Origin: an uncultured Clostridia bacterium
GTDB taxonomy: Bacteria; Bacillota; Clostridia; TANB77; CAG-508
Reading direction: 5' to 3'
Length of the DNA stretch: 64,000 bases
NCBI GenBank assembly: GCA_948976265.1
Contig: CARFUA010000001.1
Span: 56,331-120,330 of the forward strand
Shown: positions 1 to 10,042 of the stretch, piece by piece
Numbering within the stretch: the first letter of the stretch is position 1
Layout of the letters: each line of letters begins with the position of its first letter
Translations under genes and position numbers: made by a program
Notes under the pieces: model-generated
Database searches by the model: none
The model's input: the letters and a program-made list of their open reading frames with translations, nothing else
What the model was told of the DNA's origin: nothing

Positions 1-950
1 AAATTACATATAACGAAAATCCAAATTTGCCAGAAGGAGAAGAAGTTGTAACAACAGAAGGGATTGCAGGAAAGCAACAAGTAAAAGTAATCAAATCCTA
101 TGAAAATGATGAATTAGTTTCAGAAGACGTTTTAGAAGCTATTGTAATAGAAAAAGCCACGCCACAAATTGTTGATCGAGGAACGTCTAAATTTTTAAAC
201 AACAACAAAGCGCATTTAGGTGATACGATGTATGTTACCAAAGATGTATCTTTAAAAGAAACTGCCAAGGATTCTGCTAGCGAAATAGGAACCATTTTAA
301 AGAGTTTAGATGTGACTTTAAAAGAATTAGAAGGCGAAGAGTGGTGCAAAATAAGTTATGATGGAATAGAAGGATATGTAAAATGTAAAGATTTAACAAC
401 TAGCAAAGTAACACCAGGAATTCTAGAATTAAATCGTATTCAAAGAATAAAAATGACATTGGGAAAAGAAATGTCATTAAATCGCTCAACCAATTTAACT
501 TTGGAAGATTATAAACGAATTCTATCAGGCAATCCAGCAGATAAAAATCATATTTTAGAACAAAATGCTGAAACATTTTATAACATTGATAAAAACTATC
601 ATATAAATGGTGTCTTTCTAGCTTCTATGGCGATTCACGAAAGTGGTTGGGGAACGTCAACCATTGCAAAAGACAAAAAAAATCTATTTGGATATGGTGC
701 GTATGACAGTTCACCATATGACAGTTCTTTTTCGTTTGAAACATATGCCGAAGGCATTGAATTGGTTGCCAAAGTATTGGTAAAAAATTACATAAATGAA
801 GCAGGAACACCGATTTACGAAAATGAACTTGCAAAAGGGAGTTACTACAATGGCTCAACCATAGCTGGAGTCAATACTAGGTATGCTAGCGATTCCAACT
901 GGCATAACAAAGTGTATAAATACATGGAATATTTATATAATAGATTATAA
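1..950 (+). CDS. Cell-wall hydrolase with glucosaminidase (N-acetylglucosaminidase/FlgJ-type) domain, 5'-partial. The frame is open to the window start.
   Basis: The motif 'FLASMAIHESGWGTS' is characteristic of the mannosyl-glycoprotein endo-beta-N-acetylglucosaminidase family. The frame reads through positions 3-26. Confidence 0.7.
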   Translation, partial: ITYNENPNLPEGEEVVTTEGIAGKQQVKVIKSYENDELVSEDVLEAIVIEKATPQIVDRGTSKFLNNNKAHLGDTMYVTKDVSLKETAKDSASEIGTILKSLDVTLKELEGEEWCKISYDGIEGYVKCKDLTTSKVTPGILELNRIQRIKMTLGKEMSLNRSTNLTLEDYKRILSGNPADKNHILEQNAETFYNIDKNYHINGVFLASMAIHESGWGTSTIAKDKKNLFGYGAYDSSPYDSSFSFETYAEGIELVAKVLVKNYINEAGTPIYENELAKGSYYNGSTIAGVNTRYASDSNWHNKVYKYMEYLYNRL

Positions 951-962
951 AATGGAGTGAGT

Positions 963-1781
963 ATGAAAACAAAAATTCATAAATTTGCATTGCCAATATT
1001 ATTAGCAATAATATTGGCAATCTTAGTCATTGATTATCAATGCATTATCAAAAAAATAATGAATAAAAATCAGTTTGCTAATCAAGTAGTACAAATTGCA
1101 GATGCTAATCGAGAGCCAATATTTAAAGTATCCAAAATCATAAAATACAGTAGCGCAGAAGCAATTGACAATACCATTGAGCAAAATCTGCAAGATTTAA
1201 GTATTTGCCAATATTCCGACCTTGCTATTTATATCGACAATTTAACAGATGAGCTAACCGAAAAAAATTCTGTTAAAGAACTTTATATTGACAATTTCAA
1301 AATTGATGTTGCTTACAAATATGGCACTCCAACGCTATATTATAAAAATCCACTTGAAATTTCAAAATTCAGAATGGTAGCTGAAAAAGAAATCCAAGAC
1401 AGATTGCAGTATAACATTATTTACACCAATCAACAAAACGAACAAAACGATTATGAAACGCCTACTTTTTTTGCAGATTGTTCCAATCCAATTACAATTG
1501 GATTTATTAATAAAAATATCCTAAGCAATTATCAAGTAACCAAAGAAAATGGATTAGTTTCCTTCGATGGTAGAATTTTTAATCAAATGGATATGAATTT
1601 AAAAGAATTATCACCTAAAATAAGTTTTACAATTCATCTAACCAATCTTCAAAACGAAAAGTTTGTATGCAATATGACAGCTGATTTACAACTTGAAACA
1701 AATGAGGGAAGCGTAAAAAGCGGCTATATTATTCAAATCACAGATGAATCAGAATATTATCGCTTTTTTAAAGAAGGATAA
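963..1781 (+). CDS. Hypothetical membrane-anchored protein with an N-terminal TM helix.
   Basis: ORF with an N-terminal hydrophobic segment. GGAG lies 8 nt upstream of the ATG at 963. No recognisable domain. Confidence 0.5.
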   Translation: MKTKIHKFALPILLAIILAILVIDYQCIIKKIMNKNQFANQVVQIADANREPIFKVSKIIKYSSAEAIDNTIEQNLQDLSICQYSDLAIYIDNLTDELTEKNSVKELYIDNFKIDVAYKYGTPTLYYKNPLEISKFRMVAEKEIQDRLQYNIIYTNQQNEQNDYETPTFFADCSNPITIGFINKNILSNYQVTKENGLVSFDGRIFNQMDMNLKELSPKISFTIHLTNLQNEKFVCNMTADLQLETNEGSVKSGYIIQITDESEYYRFFKEG

Positions 1782-1865
1782 AAATTAGCAAATTTCTTAA
1801 AAAACCACTTGAAAAATAATTGGTTTCATTATATAATATCTAAAGTTGAGCAAGACTTCTTTTAA

Positions 1866-1957
1866 GGAAGGTATGTTTCAATAAAAAGCTATGAATCTCG
1901 TCAGGTTCGAGAGAAAGCAGCGATAAGTAGTGTATTTATGTGAATTACATGCCTTCC
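1866..1957 (+). ncRNA. ffs: Signal recognition particle RNA (small 4.5S-type ffs), immediately upstream of dnaX.
   Basis: The SRP domain IV consensus GTCAGGTCCGGAAGGAAGCAGC matches GTCAGGTTCGAGAGAAAGCAGC at 1900-1921. An 11-bp closing helix ggaaggtatgt/acatgccttcc is present. The ffs-dnaX-ybaB-recR arrangement is conserved in Firmicutes. Confidence 0.6.
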
Positions 1958-1998
1958 TTAAGGGAAGTCTTAATTTATGGAAAAGAGGTGTTTGGAAT

Positions 1999-3570
1999 AT
2001 GGCTTATACAGCGTTATATAGGAAATTTAGACCATTAAAATTCGAAGACATGGTAGGGCAAGAGCACATAACAAAAACACTGAAAAATCAAATTATGGCA
2101 GGGCGTGTTGGGCATGCCTATTTATTTAATGGTGGACGTGGAACGGGAAAAACAACAACTGCCAAAATTTTAGCACGAGCAGTCAATTGTTTGAATCCGC
2201 AAAATGGAGAACCATGCAATGAATGTGAAATTTGCCAAGAAATTTTAGATGCTTCTTTGACCGATGTTGTAGAAATGGATGCTGCTTCCAACAATAGTGT
2301 AGAAGACATTCGTGCTATTCGTGACGAAGTAAACTTTTTACCAACCAAAGCCAAATATAGAGTTTACATTATTGATGAGGTACACATGCTTTCAGTAGGC
2401 GCTTTTAATGCTCTACTAAAAACCTTAGAAGAGCCGCCAGAACACGTAAAATTCATCTTGGCGACAACAGAACCACAAAAACTACCAGCCACGATACTTT
2501 CACGTTGCCAACGATTTGATTATAAAAAAATCAATGATGAAAACGTTATCAAAAGGCTAAACATTATCTGCACAGAATCTAACATAAAAATAACGGAAAA
2601 TGCTTTAAAAACTATAGCCATTTTATCGGAAGGCGCTATGCGAGATGCGATTAGTATCTTAGAAAGATGTAGCCAAGAAAGTTCAGATGAAATCACCATT
2701 GACCTTGTCAAAGATTTAGTCGGATTACCAAGTTTAGAATATATCCACAAATTAACGAAAGCACTGTTCGAAAACAATGAAATAATAGCACTAGAAGCGA
2801 TTGAAGATGTCATAAATAATGGAAAAGATTTATATAATTTTTTATGGGAAGTTATTAAATATACCAAAGATATATTAATTTATAAAGCAACACAAAAATT
2901 GGATTTATATTCTGAGCAACAAATATCGGAAATAAAGGATTTGGCTGGAAAAGTAGAGAAAGAAAGACTTTTAAATGTCATATATCAATTATCCGAGTTA
3001 GAAAATAATATCAAAAATTCTGCGCAAAAAACCATTTTACTTCAAACAGGAATCATAAAAATCTGTATGAATCAAGCCAACGGTGATATTATCAAACTTG
3101 AAGAAAAAGTTGCTCAACTCGAACAAAAAATCAACAACTTGAATTTTTCAACAGTTCCTAAAGTTGCGACTACTACACAATCAAAACAAATAATGCCCAA
3201 ACCAACACAATCAACCACAACTTCAAAACAAGTAGTAACCCCAACCAAACAAACAGAAGATTGGAAAGAAATTGTTGAGAATCTGAAAAACAGTGGGAAA
3301 ATCAGATTATTTACTTGTTTAGTAAATACCACAGTAAACAAACTAAATGATCAAACATGGGAAATTGAATTTCCAAATGGGTTAACAGAATTTAACAAAA
3401 GAATTTTAGAAGATATAACAAATCGAAATGATTTAATTAAAGCAATTGCAATGTCAACAGGATATGAAATCAATTTCAAATTAAAAGATGGAAAAAAGGC
3501 AAAACCAACAGAAGCACCTTCTGCATCTGGTTTTGATGATTTAGGAATTGATATTAACATTATCGATTAA
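1999..3570 (+). CDS. dnaX: DNA polymerase III subunit gamma/tau.
   Basis: The N-terminus reads MAYTALYRKFRP...GQEHI...AYLFNGGRGTGKTT (clamp-loader Walker A). The true start is an internal ATG of the listed ORF, with an AGAGGTG RBS. Confidence 0.93.
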   Translation: MAYTALYRKFRPLKFEDMVGQEHITKTLKNQIMAGRVGHAYLFNGGRGTGKTTTAKILARAVNCLNPQNGEPCNECEICQEILDASLTDVVEMDAASNNSVEDIRAIRDEVNFLPTKAKYRVYIIDEVHMLSVGAFNALLKTLEEPPEHVKFILATTEPQKLPATILSRCQRFDYKKINDENVIKRLNIICTESNIKITENALKTIAILSEGAMRDAISILERCSQESSDEITIDLVKDLVGLPSLEYIHKLTKALFENNEIIALEAIEDVINNGKDLYNFLWEVIKYTKDILIYKATQKLDLYSEQQISEIKDLAGKVEKERLLNVIYQLSELENNIKNSAQKTILLQTGIIKICMNQANGDIIKLEEKVAQLEQKINNLNFSTVPKVATTTQSKQIMPKPTQSTTTSKQVVTPTKQTEDWKEIVENLKNSGKIRLFTCLVNTTVNKLNDQTWEIEFPNGLTEFNKRILEDITNRNDLIKAIAMSTGYEINFKLKDGKKAKPTEAPSASGFDDLGIDINIID

Positions 3571-3615
3571 TCAAAAATAAGGCTATTTAAGCCCAATAAG
3601 AAAGGAGATTAAAAA

Positions 3616-3960
3616 ATGGCAAAACGAGGAGGATTCCCAGGTGGAATGGGAGGATTTGGCGGAATGAATATGAATCAATTAATGAAACAAGCTAAAAAGA
3701 TGCAAGAAGACATGGAAAAAACGCAAGAAGAATTACAAGAGAAAGAATTTGAAGCAACAGCAGGAGGAAATGCAATTTCAGTAAAAGTCACAGGAGCTAA
3801 GATGATAAAAGAAATAAATATTCAAAAAGACGTGGTTGACCCAGAAGATGTAGAAATGCTACAAGATTTAATTTTAACCTGTGTAAATGAGGCTTTAAGA
3901 AAAGTAGATGATGCGCAATCAGCTAGTTTTGGAAAATATAATATTCCAGGATTAATGTAA
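3616..3960 (+). CDS. ybaB: Nucleoid-associated protein YbaB/EbfC.
   Basis: 114 aa. Conserved YbaB sequence MAKRGGFPGGMGG...NMNQLMKQAKKMQEDM. Confidence 0.9.
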   Translation: MAKRGGFPGGMGGFGGMNMNQLMKQAKKMQEDMEKTQEELQEKEFEATAGGNAISVKVTGAKMIKEINIQKDVVDPEDVEMLQDLILTCVNEALRKVDDAQSASFGKYNIPGLM

Positions 3961-3984
3961 AAATAAAAAAAGGACTTAGGAAAA

Positions 3985-4585
3985 ATGGCAAATTATTCAC
4001 CATCCATTGAAAAATTAATTGAAAGTTTCGAAAAATTGCCAAGTATTGGGCATAAAACCGCACAACGATTGGCGTTTTATATGTTAGATGTAACACAAGA
4101 AGAAGCGAAAGAGTTTACAGATGCAATTTTGAATGCAAAGAAAAATTTAAAATTTTGTTCCAGATGTTTTAATATTTCAGATACAGACCCATGTAATATT
4201 TGCTCTGATTTAAAAAGAGATCAAAGCACAATTTGCGTAGTAGAAGATGTGCGCGATGTTTTTGCAATGGAAAGAACGCATGAATATAAGCGGTGTATAT
4301 CATATTTTACACGGTTCTATTTCTCCGATGAATGGAATTGGACCAGATGATATAAAAATTAAAGAATTATTGACCAGATTAATGGATGGAACAGTCAAAG
4401 AGTTAATTTTAGCGACCAATCCACGTGTGGAAGGAGAAGCAACTTCGATGTATATCTCAAAACTGGTTAAACCAATGGGGATTAAAGTTACAAGAATTGC
4501 AAGAGGAATTCCAGTTGGAGGCGATTTAGAATATACCGACGAAATCACACTTATGAAGGCATTGGAAGGAAGAAGTGAAATTTGA
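3985..4585 (+). CDS. recR: Recombination protein RecR, interrupted by a +1 frameshift at an in-frame CGG (4291-4293).
   Basis: ORFs 3985..4350 and 4247..4585 carry the N- and C-halves of RecR (C4 zinc finger, Toprim). Removing the C at 4291 yields [23 protein letters not shown], matching the conserved RecR GxYHVLxG motif. Confidence 0.85.
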
Positions 4586-4632
4586 CAAATTTACATAAAT
4601 ATGATATAATAAAAGGTAGAGGTATTTTTGAG
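4579..4632 (+). promoter_or_regulatory. Consensus sigma-A promoter cassette (TTGACA-17-TATAAT with extended TG) followed by a short hairpin. It is near-identical to the cassette at 23652-23703.
   Basis: TTGACA is at 4582-4587 and TATAAT at 4605-4610. The hairpin gagaagaatgaaaaaattcttctc and a T-tract follow. Confidence 0.55.
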
Positions 4633-4799
4633 AAGAATGAAAAAATTCTTCTCATTTTTGCTATTTTATGAGGAAAATGGGCAAAGTAATAAAGAAAAAT
4701 GAAATTTTCGAAAAAAACATGTTTTAATTTACTATTGTCAAAAAAAAATACTTATGATAAGATAATAAATAAGAGCTGTAGAAAGGGGAAATCACAAAA

Positions 4800-6569
4800 A
4801 TGTCTTCAAAAGATAACGAAAATGAACAAGAAGCACAAAAAGATAAAGAAATTTCAGAAATAGAAAAAAAAATTGATGCTAGCAAACCCAAAAAAGAAGT
4901 AGAAAGGAAAGAACAGACTCCAAAAGAGGAGGTTCCCCAAAAACAAAAATCTTCTCCAAATCCGAAAAAATTCGAGAAAATAGCAACAGAAAAAGAAAAC
5001 AAGGGTACGAAAAACAAAACCTTATTTATCTTAATGAGCATTATTTCAATATGGATAATTGTTTTGTTATTTTCTACAATCTTTGCATTGCTTAATTTAG
5101 GAAAAACAACAATTGCAAAAGGGGTATCCATTAAGGGGATAGATGTATCAAATTTAACGGTAGAAGAGGCAACCAACAAAATAAATGAAGCAATTAATGT
5201 TGAATTACTTTTAGGAATGGATATAATCTATCAGGATTACAAAGTTGATTTTGATGTAAACCAAATCCAATATACTTATGATGTATCTACTGCAATCAGA
5301 GAGGCTTATCGTATTGGAAAAAATGAAAATATCGTTTCCAATAATTATGAATTATTAGCAACGGTGTTATTTGGAAAAAATATAGAGCCGAAAGCTAGTT
5401 ATCAGGAAGAATCATTGAATGGAATAGTGGATGATATTGGCGCAAAAGTACCTGGATTGGTTGTTCAACCTAGTTACTATAAAGAAGGAGAGCAGTTAAT
5501 CATTAATAGAGGGACGGATGGAATTATCATAAAAAAAGAAGTGTTGAAACAAGATATTTTGAGAAATATACAAAATAGAAATGCTTTAAATATTATGAAA
5601 AATAGCGAAGAAGAAGTAATACAATTACAAGTTGAAGAAGCTAAACCAGAACCAATTGATTTAGATAAAATTTATCAAGAAGTTTATTCCGAACCTAAAG
5701 ATGCTTCCTATATTGCAGAGCCGTTTCAATTAATTCCAGAAGAACAAGGTGTCGATTTTGCAATTTCAATGGAAGAAGCAAAAGCCATCATTAATACAGC
5801 AGATTCAGAAGAATATAGCATTCCACTAAAATTAACACCAGCCAAGAAAACGATTGCTGATATTGGAACAGAAGCATTTCCTTACCTAATATCTTCCTAC
5901 ACAACGAAGTATGATGCAAGTAATACCAATAGAAGCGGAAATTTAAGATTGGCAGCCAACAAAATTAATGGTAAACTTTTGATGCCTGGTGAGGAATTTT
6001 CATTTAATGAAGTAGTTGGAAAAAGAACGATTCAAGAGGGATATCGAAATGCGAAAATTTACGAAAATGGACAAGTAGTAGATGGATTAGCAGGCGGAAT
6101 CTGCCAGATTTCTTCTACGTTGTACAACGCAGTTTTATTAGCTAATTTAGAAATTACCGAAAGGCGAAATCATTCTTTTACTTCCACTTATGTTCCAGCA
6201 GGAAGAGATGCGACTGTAGTTTATGGAACGCAAGATTTTAAATTTAAAAATTCAAGGAATTATCCAATCAAAATTGAAGCTAATGTGGCAAATGGAATTG
6301 CGGAATTTAAAATCCATGGAATTAAAGAAGAAGTAGAATATGATATAAAAATTATTCCAGTTACAACACAAACGATACCATATCAAACAGAATATGTTCC
6401 AGATGCAACGTTACAGCCAGGTCAGCAAAAATTGACGCAAGCGGGACATAGTGGTTGTAAAGTTACAACGTATATCGAAAAAAGACTTGGTGGAGCTGTA
6501 ATTTCGAAAAAAGTGTTATCCAATGATACTTATAATGCAATGAAAGCAATTATTAATGTTGGGCAATAA
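4800..6569 (+). CDS. VanW-family protein with an N-terminal Lys/Glu-rich region, a TM helix and a C-terminal G5 domain.
   Basis: The VanW signature region reads GEEFSFNEVVGKRT...GLAGGICQISSTLYNAVLLANL. The C-terminus is G5-like. Confidence 0.75.
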   Translation: MSSKDNENEQEAQKDKEISEIEKKIDASKPKKEVERKEQTPKEEVPQKQKSSPNPKKFEKIATEKENKGTKNKTLFILMSIISIWIIVLLFSTIFALLNLGKTTIAKGVSIKGIDVSNLTVEEATNKINEAINVELLLGMDIIYQDYKVDFDVNQIQYTYDVSTAIREAYRIGKNENIVSNNYELLATVLFGKNIEPKASYQEESLNGIVDDIGAKVPGLVVQPSYYKEGEQLIINRGTDGIIIKKEVLKQDILRNIQNRNALNIMKNSEEEVIQLQVEEAKPEPIDLDKIYQEVYSEPKDASYIAEPFQLIPEEQGVDFAISMEEAKAIINTADSEEYSIPLKLTPAKKTIADIGTEAFPYLISSYTTKYDASNTNRSGNLRLAANKINGKLLMPGEEFSFNEVVGKRTIQEGYRNAKIYENGQVVDGLAGGICQISSTLYNAVLLANLEITERRNHSFTSTYVPAGRDATVVYGTQDFKFKNSRNYPIKIEANVANGIAEFKIHGIKEEVEYDIKIIPVTTQTIPYQTEYVPDATLQPGQQKLTQAGHSGCKVTTYIEKRLGGAVISKKVLSNDTYNAMKAIINVGQ

Positions 6570-6707
6570 ATAAAATAGTTTTATGAAAAGTACCAAAATA
6601 GGGTGCTTTTTATAATGCGTATAAAAAATATTCTGTATTTTAGGCTTGTTTTTTTTAGGGAAAAATGGTAAGATTAAGAAAAATTGTATTGATTTTCTTG
6701 AAAAAAT

Positions 6708-6783
6708 TGGTGCGCCATAGAGGGGTCGAACCTCCGACCATCAGATTAAGAGTCTGCTGCTCTACCAACTGAGCTAATGGCGC
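6708..6783 (-). tRNA. tRNA-Lys (anticodon CTT).
   Basis: The reverse complement folds as a canonical cloverleaf: GCGCCAT acceptor, GCTC/GAGC D-stem, anticodon loop CTCTTAA, TTCGACC T-loop, discriminator A and CCA. The anticodon loop is a normal 7 nt. Confidence 0.85.
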
Positions 6784-6851
6784 ATTTACCTTTTTATTAT
6801 AAAACATGAAATTGAATTTGTCAAGAAAAATTGATGATAAAGGAGAAATTT

Positions 6852-7583
6852 ATGATTGATTTGCATTGTCATATTTTGCCTAAAGTAGATGATGGTTCAG
6901 AGAGTATGGATGAAACGATTGCAATTCTAAAAAAGGCAAAGAAATCTGGATTTCAGACGATTTGCTTTACGCCACATTATGCTGGTCCAAATTATGTTAA
7001 TACAAAAGAACAAAATTATCAAATCGTAAAACAAGTCGAAAATAAGTTGAAAGAAGAAAATATTTCAATGAATTTATTATTGGGAAATGAAGTTTTTATA
7101 CAAGAAGAAATGGAAAGTTTATTGGAAAATGGAACCATAGCGACATTGGCTGACAGTTCCTATATTTTGATTGAAATACCAATGTATCAAGAAGTACCTC
7201 AAATAGTAGTTCAAAAAATGTTAGAAGGTGTTCGTCAGAAAGGTTTTAAAATTGTAATTGCTCATCCAGAAAGATATTTGTATATTCAGAAAAATCCAAA
7301 TATACTCACTGAATATTTTGGGGAAGATGTGATTTTTCAAGGGAATTATGCGAGCATTCTTGGAATTTATGGAAAAGGGGCACAGAAGACAATAAAAAAA
7401 TTGTTAAAAAATAAGCTTATTCATTATTTATCAACCGATACACATTATGCAATAAAATGTTTTTATGATGAAATGGAGTTAATCCAAAAAAAACTGCTGA
7501 AAGTCATTGATAAGGAATATTTTGAAAGATTAACAAAGATAAATCCCCAACTTATAATAGAGAATAAGGAAGTTATTAAATAA
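6852..7583 (+). CDS. CpsB/YwqE-type protein-tyrosine phosphatase (PHP domain).
   Basis: N-terminus MIDLHCHILPKVDDGSES...FTPHY. An AGGAG RBS precedes the ATG at 6852. Confidence 0.8.
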   Translation: MIDLHCHILPKVDDGSESMDETIAILKKAKKSGFQTICFTPHYAGPNYVNTKEQNYQIVKQVENKLKEENISMNLLLGNEVFIQEEMESLLENGTIATLADSSYILIEIPMYQEVPQIVVQKMLEGVRQKGFKIVIAHPERYLYIQKNPNILTEYFGEDVIFQGNYASILGIYGKGAQKTIKKLLKNKLIHYLSTDTHYAIKCFYDEMELIQKKLLKVIDKEYFERLTKINPQLIIENKEVIK

Positions 7584-7598
7584 AAGAAGAGGTAAAAT

Positions 7599-8129
7599 AT
7601 GAAAATATTAATGGGAACTAAAAATCCAGGAAAAATAGAAGGAGCGAGACAAGCATTTTCGAAATATTTTGAAAATGTTGAAATAGAAGGCATTGCTGTG
7701 GAATCTGATGTTGGCAATCAACCAGTTAATGAGCAAATCTTGCAAGGGGCGAAAAATAGAGTTCGAAATCTGAAGAAATATGCCCAAGAAAAGAATTTAA
7801 AACCAGATTTTTATATTGCTAGTGAAGCAGGAATTACGAACTTATTAGGAGAATGGCTAGATTTTAACATGGCAGTAATTGAAAATAGCGATAGTGAACA
7901 AAGTATAGGGTCCAGTGCTGGTTTTCCAATTCCAGATAAATATATAACTGAAATAATGGATACAGAACTTGGAAAAGTCATGGATAAATTGTTTCATTCT
8001 ACTGGATTAAGCAAAGAAAATGGAGGAATCGGTATTTTAACACGAAACGAAATTTCTAGGATAGATTTAACCAAGCAAGCTTTTATTATGGCTTTAGTGA
8101 AATTTGTGAATGGGGAAATTTGGAAATAG
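7599..8129 (+). CDS. Inosine/xanthosine triphosphatase (YjjX family non-canonical NTPase).
   Basis: 176 aa, with the overall pattern of YjjX (TNPxKI...VESGV..QP....GA.NR). Confidence 0.65.
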   Translation: MKILMGTKNPGKIEGARQAFSKYFENVEIEGIAVESDVGNQPVNEQILQGAKNRVRNLKKYAQEKNLKPDFYIASEAGITNLLGEWLDFNMAVIENSDSEQSIGSSAGFPIPDKYITEIMDTELGKVMDKLFHSTGLSKENGGIGILTRNEISRIDLTKQAFIMALVKFVNGEIWK

Positions 8130-8142
8130 AAAGAATTAAAAA

Positions 8143-8186
8143 TCAGAAAAGCAAGAACCCACAGTCTGTGAGGTACTTGCTTTTTT
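8143..8186 (+). terminator. Rho-independent terminator after the YjjX-like gene.
   Basis: GC-containing hairpin followed by a T7 tract (gcaagaacccacagtctgtgaggtacttgcttttttt). Confidence 0.5.
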
Positions 8187-8188
8187 TG

Positions 8189-8686
8189 CTAGACAAAAAT
8201 TTCGCGCGATATACGAAGATATTCTTTAAAAAAGGAACCTTCTGTAGCAAAGATTGTAGAGTAACTTATTATAGCTCCGTTCCGAGCTGTAAAAGATTGG
8301 ACAGGAACGGAAGCATACCTACATGGTACATTGTTTTCTTTTTCTTTCTTTGACAAAAAACGTACATCTTTGGTGATATCGGCTATCAACAAATGGTTCT
8401 TTTCGTTGTAATATCCTACGGCGAAATTGTTTTTGTTTTTAGTGGAAATTAAAAATGATTCAATTTGCTTTGCTTTTAACTTGGAAATTAGAGCAAGGCT
8501 AAAATGAAGGGAGCTTCCCAAATGAGAAGTTTCAACCCAATGTGTAGTTTTTTCTAGCATTTCCCGAACGGAAACATTGAGGGACGCTAAGTTGTTGTTG
8601 AATTGTGTTGCCACCGCTAAATCGTATTTCGCAGTTTTGACAATGCTTTGATAGACTTCGGTTACTTGCTGTGTAATTGTTCCCAT
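8189..8686 (-). CDS. GAF domain protein. Contains the only in-frame CGG (gtt cgg gaa) seen in an intact native gene in this window.
   Basis: GAF-like sequence. AAGGAG RBS lies 8 nt upstream of ATG (MGTITQQ). Confidence 0.65.
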   Translation of the reverse strand: MGTITQQVTEVYQSIVKTAKYDLAVATQFNNNLASLNVSVREMLEKTTHWVETSHLGSSLHFSLALISKLKAKQIESFLISTKNKNNFAVGYYNEKNHLLIADITKDVRFLSKKEKENNVPCRYASVPVQSFTARNGAIISYSTIFATEGSFFKEYLRISREIFV

Positions 8687-8886
8687 GAAAATAATCTCCT
8701 TTTCTAAATCAAACAAAAATTAATGAATAATACTTTATCATATTTATTCACAAATGTCAATAATATTCAAATAATTACATTTATAAAAAGTGGAGAAATT
8801 GTAATTTTTGAGAAAATCAGTATTTTTGCATAAAAACATCAAATTTGTGCATAATACAGTTAGAATTTTAAGAAAGGGTGAGAAAA

Positions 8887-9075
8887 ATGGGAACATTAAA
8901 TCAAGCAGAATTGCAAAATTTAAGACATTTAATTGGGGCACAAGAAACTAATTATGAGAAATTAACGAATTATGCAGACAATAGTGTGGATCCACAAATT
9001 AAGCAGGTTTTAAATAAAGCTGCGCAAGATTCATTAAACACAAAACAAAAATTAATGTCATTTTTTAATAATTAA
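8887..9075 (+). CDS. Small hypothetical protein, possibly spore-coat related. It is paired with the downstream CotF-like gene.
   Basis: 63 aa ORF with an RBS, in an operon-like position with the Coat_F gene. Confidence 0.45.
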   Translation: MGTLNQAELQNLRHLIGAQETNYEKLTNYADNSVDPQIKQVLNKAAQDSLNTKQKLMSFFNN

Positions 9076-9087
9076 AAAGGAGGGAAC

Positions 9088-9333
9088 ATGGAAGAAAAAT
9101 ATATGGTGAATGATATTTTGGAATGTACCAAATCCAGCTTAAAAGATTACCAAGGGGCAATTATTGAAACTGCCAATATGGAGCTTAGACAAACATTTCA
9201 AAATTTAAGAAATGCAGAAGAAAGTTTTCAGTATGAATTATTCAAATTGGCAGAATCAAAAGGATACTATGTGCCTGCTGAAAATGCCAAACCAGAAGAA
9301 ATTCAAAAAGTAAAAAATGAATTATCCAATTAA
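9088..9333 (+). CDS. Spore coat protein F-like (Coat_F domain).
   Basis: The sequence MVNDILECTKSSLKDYQGAIIETANMELRQTFQNLRNAEE matches the CotF/YhcQ family pattern. Confidence 0.6.
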   Translation: MEEKYMVNDILECTKSSLKDYQGAIIETANMELRQTFQNLRNAEESFQYELFKLAESKGYYVPAENAKPEEIQKVKNELSN

Positions 9334-9351
9334 AAAATAGAGATTTACTCT

Positions 9352-10042
9352 CTATTTTTTATAATTTATATCACCAGATAAGTCTCGATAAAAATGGAAT
9401 TCAGATACTTGGACATAAGGGATAAGCCAAAGAAATCCAATGCCAAACGTCACAAATGAAAGAATAACCCAACCAATAAAACTCAAATTTAAACAAAAAA
9501 GTGACCAAATATTTCCTTCCATTAATTCAGCACTTCTTTCAATGGCTTCTTTTCCAGTTAGCTCAGATTGTTCGTAAGAAATATAAATGGACAATCGATA
9601 AGAAAATATTTTTACAAAATAATAAATAACAGAAATTACATAAAAAATAAAACCGATGAATGTTAAAAGGCTATTTTGATGAATTTTTCCATATTGAGTG
9701 AGGATTGCACAACTCAAAATGAATAAAATTGGAAATAATAGCTTTAAAATAGTTTGAAAAGAGATACTCCAAGCTTTTCCAAAGTGAGAAAAACCGTTTT
9801 GAAAAAAGGTCAAAATAATTGTCAGAAATAGAATTATTCAAATCGAGTAAAGTTGTGATAAAACCGTAAAACAATGGTACAGTTATGATGATAAAAGCAA
9901 AATATCCAAGAAGTGGTTCGGATTTCAAAATACGAGAAAGAAGGTAGATGGTTACTAAAAGAATCAACGTTGTTAGTGCTGATTTTCCCCATTTTGAAGC
10001 AAGACTTTGACGGGCTTTTGCGCGTATTTGAGAAGCCTTCAT
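9352..10042 (-). CDS. DUF975-family integral membrane protein, interrupted by a +1 frameshift. The only C/G motif in the 143-nt overlap is coding-strand 'aaa cgg ttt' (plus-strand ccg at 9794-9796).
   Basis: Two overlapping minus-strand ORFs (9671..10042 and 9352..9813) together form one multi-TM protein. Confidence 0.6.

Noticed and set aside
4724-5179. Numerous antisense or overlapping ORFs in the six-frame track, e.g. 4724..5179(-), 11494..11838(-), 24431..24712(-), 26108..26668(-), 33379..33858(-) and 44335..44703(-).
   Set aside because: They lie fully inside well-supported genes on the opposite strand, lack RBSs, and have low-complexity AT-rich translations typical of spurious ORFs in low-GC DNA.
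6708-6783. tRNA with an expanded anticodon loop that could decode CGGN quadruplets.
   Set aside because: The only tRNA in the window is an ordinary tRNA-Lys(CTT) with a 7-nt anticodon loop. No suppressor candidate is visible here, though this does not exclude one elsewhere.
8120-8353. 77-aa ORF between the YjjX-like gene and the GAF gene.
   Set aside because: It overlaps the terminator hairpin and the 3' end of the convergent GAF gene. There is no RBS and the product is low-complexity.
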